Source: Lingula anatina
Lineage: Eukaryota; Animalia; Brachiopoda
Length of the DNA stretch: 64,000 nucleotides
Assembly (NCBI GenBank): GCA_051362555.1
Contig: CM120647.1
Location: 2,852,001 to 2,916,000 of the forward strand
Direction: 5' to 3'
How positions within the stretch are numbered: the first letter of the stretch is position 1; the number at the start of each line of letters is the position of its first letter. The translations under genes were made by a program, and so were the position numbers. Below, one piece after another: positions 54,901 to 64,000 of the stretch. A model generated the notes under the pieces. The model searched no databases. It was not told the DNA's origin and was given only the letters and a program-made list of their open reading frames with translations.

Positions 54901-57900
54901 TATAACATAAACTCAAACAATAATAACAATATGTACAGACACAAAGAGTAAGAACATATACAAAAACAGTTATCAAAATATGTACAGACCCAAACAGTAA
55001 TAACATAAGAATACATAGTGATCATAATATGTACAGACACAAACAGTAACAACATAAACACAAACAGTGATCACATTATGCACAGACACAAACAGTAACT
55101 ACATAAACAAATATCCAGTGATCACGATATGTATTGATACAAAGAGTAGCAACATAAAAATAGAAAGTGATCATAATATGTACAGATAAAAACAGTAACA
55201 ACATCAACTTGTACAGTGATCATAATATGTACAGACACAAACAGTTACAACATAAACAAATAAAGTGATCACAATATGTACAGACATTTAAAATAAACAT
55301 AAACACATACAGTGATAACGATATTTACAGACACAAACAGTAATAATATAAACACATACAGTGATCATAATATGTACAGACACAAATAGTTATAACATAA
55401 ACTCATACAGTAATAACAATATGTACAGACACAAAAAGTAAGAACATATACTAAAACAGTGATCACAATATGTACAGACACAAACAGTTACAACATAAAC
55501 ACATAGAGTGATCACAATATGTAGAGACACCAACAGTAACAACATAAGAATGCAAAGTGATCATAATATGTACAGACACAAACATTTACAACATAAACAC
55601 ATACATTGATCACAATATGTACAGACACAAACAGTAACAACCTAAGCATACACAGTGATCACGATATGTATAGACACAAAGAGTAGCAACATAAAAATAC
55701 AAAGTGATCATAATATGGACAGACAAAAACAGTCACAACATCAACACATACAGTGATCATGATATGTATAGAAACAAACAGTAGCAACATAAGCACATAC
55801 AGTGATCACGAAATGTACAGACAAAAACAGTAACAACATAAACATACACAGTGATCGCAATATGTACAGACACAAACAATAATAACATAAACACATACAG
55901 TAATCACGATATGTATAGACACAAAGATTAGCAACATAAGCACATACAGTGATTATAATATGTACAGAAACGAACATTAACAACATAAACACATACAGTG
56001 ATCACGATATGTTAAGACACGAACAGTTACAACATAAACATACACAGTGATTGCAATATGTACAGACACAAACAGTAACAACATAAACACATACAGTGAA
56101 CAGAATATGTACAGACTCAAAAAATAACAATATAAACAAATACAGTGATCACAATATGTACAGACACAAACATTAACAACATAAACAAACACAGTGATCA
56201 TAATATGTACAGACACAAACAGTAATAATAGAAACACATACAGTGATTGCAATATGTACAGACACAAACAGTAACAACATAAACACATACAGTGAACAGA
56301 ATATGTACAGACACAAAAAATAACAATATAAACAAATACAGTGATCACAATATGTACAGACACAAACATTAACAACATAAACAAACACAGTGATCATAAT
56401 ATGTACAGACACAAACAGTAATAATAGAAACACATACAGTGATTGCGATATATACAGACACAAACAGTAACAACACAAAAACATACAGTGAACAAAATAT
56501 GTACAGACACAAAAAATAACAACATAAACAAATACAGTTATCATAATATGTACACAAACAGTAACAACATCAGCATGTACAGACACAAACAGTAACAACA
56601 TAAATATTCACATTGATCATAATATGTACAAACAGTTACAACATAAGAAAACACAGTGATCATAATATGTACAGACACAAACACTAACAAGATAAGCACA
56701 TACATTGATCACAATATATACAGAAAGAAACATTAACAACATAAAGAAACGCAGTGATCATAATATGTACAGACACAAACAGTAATAACATAAACACATA
56801 CAGTGATCATAATATGTATACACACAAACAGTAATAACATAAACACATACAGTAATAATGATATGTACAGACAGAAAGAGTAGCAACATAAGCACATACA
56901 GTGATTTTAATATGTACAGACAAACAGTAACAACGTTAACACATACGGTAATCACAATATGTACAGACACAAACAGTAACAACATAATCATACACAGTGA
57001 TCACAATATGTACAGACACAAACAGTAGCAACATAAACAAACACAGTGATCATAATATGTACAGACACAAACAGTTCCAACATGAACACATACAGTGATC
57101 ACAATATGTACAAACACAAACATTAACAACACAAACAAACACAGTGATCATAATATGTACAGACATTAGCATACACAGTGATCACAATATGTACAGACAC
57201 AAACATTAACAACATAAACAAATACAGTGATCACAATATGTACAAAGAGAACAGTAACAACATAAACACATACAGTGATCACAATATGTACAGACACAAA
57301 CATTAACAACATAAACACATACAGTGAATACAATATGTACAGACACAAACAGTAACAACATAAACACATACAGTGATCATAATATGTACAGACACAAACA
57401 GTAATAACATAAACTCATACAGTAATAATGATATGCACAGACATCAGCATACACAGTGATCACAAAATGTTCAGACACAAACATTTACAACATAAACACA
57501 TACAGTGATCACAATATGTACAGACACAAAAAAAAACATAAACACATACAGTGATAATGATATTTACAGACACAAACAGTACACATACAGTGAACAGAAT
57601 ATGTACAGACACAAAAAATAACAATATAAACAAATACAATATAATATAAACACATACACATACAGTGATCATAATATGTATAGACACAAATAGTTATAAC
57701 ATAACCTCATACAGTAATAACAATATGTACAGACACAAAGAGTAAGAACATATACAAAAACAGTTATCAAAATATGTACAGACACAAACAGTAACAACAT
57801 AAGCATACACAGTGATCACAATATGTACAGACACAAACAGTAACAACATAAACAAATACAGTGATCACAATATGTACAGACACAAAAAAAAAACAACATA

Positions 57901-60900
57901 AACACATACAGTGATAACGATATTTACAGACACAAACAGTAATAATATAAACACATACAGTGATCATAATATGTACAGACACAAATAGTTATAACATAAA
58001 CTCATACAGTAATAACAATATGTACAGACACAAAGAGTAAGAACATATACAAAAACAGTTATCAAAATATGTACAGACACAAACAGTAACAACATAAGCA
58101 TACACAGTGATCACAATATGTACAGACACAAACAGTAACAACATAAACACACACACTGATCACAATATGTACAGACATAAACAGTAAAAACATAAACACA
58201 TACAGTGATGAAGATATGTACAGACACAAACAGTAACAACATAAACATACGAAGTGATCATGATAAATACAAGTTTGCACATTATTAACACAAACAGGTA
58301 AACCTGCACAGTGATTGCAAGATGTACAGACACAGACAGTAACAACATAAACACGTACAGTGATCATAATATGTACAGACACAAACAGTAACAACATAAA
58401 CATGTACAGTGATCAAAATATATAACGTCACAAACAGTAACAACATAAGAATGGAAAGTGACCATGATATGAACAGACACAAACAGTTACAACATAAGAA
58501 TATAAAGTGATCACGATATGTACAGACACAAACAGTAACAACATAAACACAAACAGTGATCACAATACGTACAGACACAAAAAATAACAACATAAACAAA
58601 CACAGTGATCATAATATGTACAGACACAAACAGTAATAACATAAACATATACAGTGATCACGATATGTACAGACACAAAGATTAGCAACATAAGCACATA
58701 CAGTGATCATAATATGTACAGAAATGAACATTAACAACATAAACACATACAGTGATCACGATATGTAAAGACACGAACATTTACAACATAAACATACACA
58801 GTGATTGCAATATGTACAGACACAAACAGTAATAACATAAGAATACATAGTGATCATAATATGTACAGACACAAACAGTAACAACATAAACACAAACAGT
58901 GATCACATTATGCACAGACACAAACAGTAACTACATAAACAAATATCCAGTGATCACGATATGTATTGATACAAAGAGTAGCAACATAAAAATAGAAAGT
59001 GATCATAATATGTACAGATAAAAACAGTAACAACATCAACTTGTACAGTGATCATAATATGTACAGACACAAACAGTTACAACATTAACAAATACAGTGA
59101 TCACAATATGTACAGACACTAAGAGTAAGAACATATACAAAAACAGTGATCACAATATGTACAGACACAAACAGTTACAAGATAAACACATACAGTGATC
59201 ACAATATGTAGAGACACAAACAGTAACAACATAAGAATGCAAAGTGATCATAATATGTACAGACACAAACATTTACAACATAAACACATACAGTGATCAC
59301 AATATGTACAGACACAAACAGTAAGAACCTAAGCATACACAGTGATCACGATATGTATAGACACAAAGAGTAGCAACATAAAAATACAAAGTGATCATAA
59401 TATGGACAGACAAAAACAGTCACAACATCAACACATACAGTGATCATGATATGTATAGAAACAAACAGTAACAACATAAACATACACAGTGATCGCAATA
59501 TGTACAGACACAAACAATAATAACATAAACACATACAGTAATCAAGATATGTATAGACACAAAGATTAGCAACATAAGCACATACAGTGACTATAATATG
59601 TACAGAAATGAACATTAACAACATAAACACATACAGTGATCATGATATGTAAAGACAGGAACAGTTACAACATAAACATACACAGTGATTGCAACATGTA
59701 AAGACACAAACAGTAACAACATAAACACATACAGTGAACAGAATATGTACAGACACAAAAAATAACAATATAAACAAATACAGTGATCAAAATATGTACA
59801 GACACAAACATTAACAACATAAACAAACACAGTGATCATAATATGTACAGACACAAACAATAATAATAGAAACACATACAGTGATTACGATATATACAGA
59901 CACAAACAGTAACAACACAAAAACATACAGTGGACAAAATATGTACAGACACAAAAAATAACAACATAAACAAATACAGTTATCATAATATGTACACAAA
60001 CAGTTTCAACATCAGCATGTACAGACACAAACAGTAACAACATAAATATTCACATTGATCATAATATGTACAAACAGTTACAACATAAGAAAACACAGTG
60101 ATCATAATATGTACAGACACAAACACTAACAAGATAAGCACATACATTGATCACAATATATACAGAAAGAAACATTAACAACATAAAGAAACGCAGTGAT
60201 CATAATATGTACAGACACAAACAGTAATAACATAAACACATACAGTGATCATAATATGTATAGACACAAACAGTAATAACATAAACACATACAGTAATAA
60301 TGATATGTACAGAAAGAAAGAGTAGCAACATAAGCACATACAGTGATTTTAATATGTACAGACAAACAGTAACAACGTTAACACATACGGTAATCACAAT
60401 ATGTACAGACAAAAACAGTAACAACATAATCATACACAATGATCACAATATGTACAGACACAACAGTAACAACATACACATATACAGTGATCACAATATG
60501 TACAAACACAAACAGTAACAACATAAACACTCACAGTGATCATTATATATACAAACACGAACATTAACAACATAAACAAACACAGTGATCATAATATGTA
60601 CAGACACAAACACTAACAACATGAACACATACAGTAATCACAAAATGTACAAACAGAAACATTAACAACATAAACAAACACAGTGATCATAATATGTACA
60701 GTCACTAACAGTAATAACATAAACATGTACAGTAAGCAAGATATGTACAGACAAAAACAGTAACAACATAAACACACATAGTGATTATAAAATGTACAGA
60801 CACAAACAGTAACAACATAAACACATACAGTGATTACGATATGTACAGACAAAAACAGTAGCAACACAAACAAACACAGTGATCATAATATGTACAGACA

Positions 60901-63900
60901 CAAACAGTAATAACATAAACATGTACAGTAATCACAATATGTACAGACACAAATATTAACAACATAAACAAACACAGTGATCATAATATGTACAGACACA
61001 AACAGTAATAACATAAACATGTACAGTAATCACAATATGTACAGACACAAATATTAACAACATAAACAAACACAGTGATCACAATATGTACAGACACAAA
61101 CAGTAACAACACAATAACATACAGTGAACACAATATATACAGACAAAAAAAATAATAACATAAACAAATACAGTGATGACAATATCAACAGACCCAAACA
61201 GTAAGAACATAAGTATACACAGTGATCACAATATGTACATACACAAACAGTAAGAACATAAGCATACACAGTGATCACAATATGTACAAACACAAACAGT
61301 AACAACATAAGCATACACAGTGATCACATTATGTACAGACACAAACAGTTACAACATAAGCATATACAGTGATCATAAAATGTACAGACACAAACAGTAT
61401 TATCATAAACACTCACAGTGATAATAATATGTACAAACAGTTACAACATAAGCAAACACAATGATCATAATATGTACAGACACAAACAGTAACAACATAA
61501 ACACATACAGTGATCACAATATATAGAGACATAAACATAAACAACATAAACAAACACAGTGATTATAATATGTACAGACACAAAAGGTAATAACATAAAC
61601 AAAAACAGTGACACAAAAAGTAATAACATAAACAAACACAGTGATTATAATATGTACAGACACAAAGGGTAATAACATAAACACAAACAGTGACACAAAC
61701 AGTAATAACATAAACACATACAGTGAAAACAATATATACAGAACAAACATTAACAACATAAATAAACACAGTGATCATGATATGTACAGACACAAACAGT
61801 AACAACATAAACAAATACAGTGATCACAATATGTACAGACACAAACAGTAACAACATAAACAAACACAGTGATCATAATATGTATAGACACAAACAGTAA
61901 TAACATAAACAAACACAGTTATCACAATATGTACAGACACACACAGTTATAACATAAACACATTCAGTGTTCCCAATATGTACAGACACAAAGAGTAACA
62001 ACATAAGAATACAAAGTGATCATAATATGTACAGACACAAACAGTAACAACATAAACACATACAATGATCCCAATATGTACAGACACAAACAGTAACAAC
62101 ATAAACACATACAGTGATCACAATATATAGAGACATAAACATAAACAACATAAACAAACACAGTGATTATAATATGTACAGACACAAAAGGTAATAACAT
62201 AAACAAAAACAGTGACACAAAAAGTAATAACATAAACAAACACAGTGATTATAATATGTACAGACACAAAGGGTAATAACATAAACACAAACAGTGACAC
62301 AAACAGTAATAACATAAACACATTCAGTGTTCCCAATATGTACAGACACAAACAGTAACAACATAATCAAATACAGTGATCATGATATGTACAGACACAA
62401 ACAGTAACAACATAAACAAATACAGTGATCACAATATGTACAGACACAAACAGTAACAACATAAACAAACACAGTGATCATAATATGTATAGACACAAAC
62501 AGTAATAACATAAACAAACAGAGTTATCACAATATGTACAGACACACACAGTTACAACATAAACACATTCAGTGTTCCCAATATGTACAGACACAAAGAG
62601 TAACAACATAAGAATACAAAGTGATCATAATATGTACAGACACAAACAGTAACAACATAAACACATACAATAATCCCAATATGTACAGACACAAACAGTA
62701 ACAACATAAACATACACAGTGAACGCAATCTGTACAGACACAAACAGTAACAACATAGACACACACAGTGATAACAGTATGTACAGACACAAACATTAAC
62801 AACATAATCAAATACAGTGATCATGATATGTACAGACACAAACAGTAACAACATAAACAAATACAGTGATCACAATATGTACAGACACAAACAGTAACAA
62901 CATAAACAAATACAGTGATCACAATATGTACAGACACAAACAGTAACAACATAAACAAATACAGTGATCAAGATATGTACAGACACAAACAGTAACAACA
63001 TAAACAAATACAGTGATCACAATATGTACAGACACGAACAGTCACAACATAATCATACACAGTGATCATAATATGAACAGACACAAACAGTACCAACATG
63101 AACAAATACAGTGATCACAATATGTACAAACACAAACATTAACAACACAAACAAACACAGTGATCATAATATGTGCAGGCATTAGCATACACAGTGATCA
63201 CAATATGTACAGACACAAACATTAACAACATAAACAAATACAGTGATCACAATATGTACAAAGAGAACAGTAACAACATAAACACATACAGTGATCACAA
63301 TATGTACAGACACAAACATTAACAACATAAACACATACAGTGAATACAATATGTACAGACACAGACAGTAATAACATAATCACCTACAGTGATAATGATA
63401 TGTACAGACACAAACAGTAACAACATAAACACATACAGTGATCATAATATGTACAGACACAAACAGTAATAACATGAACTCATATAGTAATAATGATATG
63501 CACAGACATTAGCATACACAGTGATCACAATATGTTCAGACACAAACATTTACAACATAAACACATACAGTGATCACAATATGTACAGACACAAAAAAAA
63601 CATAAACACGTACAGTGATAACGATATTTACAGACACAAACAGTAATAATATAAACACATACAGTGATCATAATATGTACAGACACAAATAGTTATAACA
63701 TAAACTCATACAGTAATAACAATATGTACAGACACAAAGAGTAAGAACATATACAAAAACAGTTATCAAAATATGTACAGACACAAACAGTAACAACATA
63801 AGCATACACAGTGATCAAATACAGTGATCACAATATGTACAGACACAAAAATAACATAATCACGTACAGTGATAACGATATTTACAGACACAAACAGTAA

Positions 63901-64000
63901 TAATATAAACACATACAGTGATCATAATATGTACAGACACAAATAGTTATAACATAAACTCATACAGTAATAACAATATGTACAGACACAAAGAGTAAGA
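51960..64000 (-). repeat. 49 bp tandem satellite, + strand consensus CAGTGATCACAATATGTACAGACACAAACAGTAACAACATAAACACATA; continues beyond the right edge
   Basis: Successive CAGTGATC at 62864 and 62913 are 49 bp apart. The monomer repeats over ~12 kb with substitutions and occasional truncated units. Confidence 0.98.

Noticed and set aside
51002-62860. Minus-strand repetitive ORFs (VCVCTYCDHC-type), including the idea of one long protein by TGA recoding
   Set aside because: The 49 bp period is not a multiple of 3 and the consensus strand has a single TGA, so such ORFs are expected by chance. Frequent non-triplet indels and sporadic TAA/TAG codons argue against coding.
51960-64000. CRISPR-like array
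   Set aside because: There are no unique spacers. The whole unit repeats with point variation, and no cas genes or leader are present.

Overview
This AT-rich window is almost entirely satellite DNA, most likely from a eukaryotic (animal-like) genome. I found no intact protein-coding gene, RNA gene or CRISPR array. Positions 1-48,690 hold a TG-rich complex satellite. Its ~440-450 bp unit resolves into about nine diverged 46-50 bp sub-monomers, and it is arranged in nested multi-kb higher-order repeats (periods of ~3.8, 4.724, 4.976 and 11.7 kb, plus a 1,537 bp tandem duplication). At ~48,690 the satellite flips strand at a TGTACA palindrome. From ~52 kb to the end runs a simple 49 bp tandem repeat whose reverse complement matches the left sub-monomer. 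The degenerate zone between the two arrays (~41.8-52 kb) holds all the non-satellite DNA: a 1.2 kb unclassified insertion with a candidate TACAT target-site duplication, a (TA)35 tract next to a micro-inversion, a 5'-truncated and disabled Tc1-like DD34E transposase, and short unique or duplicated segments. The many Cys/Val/Phe/Ile-rich ORFs are compositional artefacts. I see no evidence for a new gene system. The most interesting signal is structural: a simple 49-mer array and a hierarchical relative of it sit in inverted orientation. Periods were derived by hand from sequence and ORF-track coordinates, and array boundaries are approximate.
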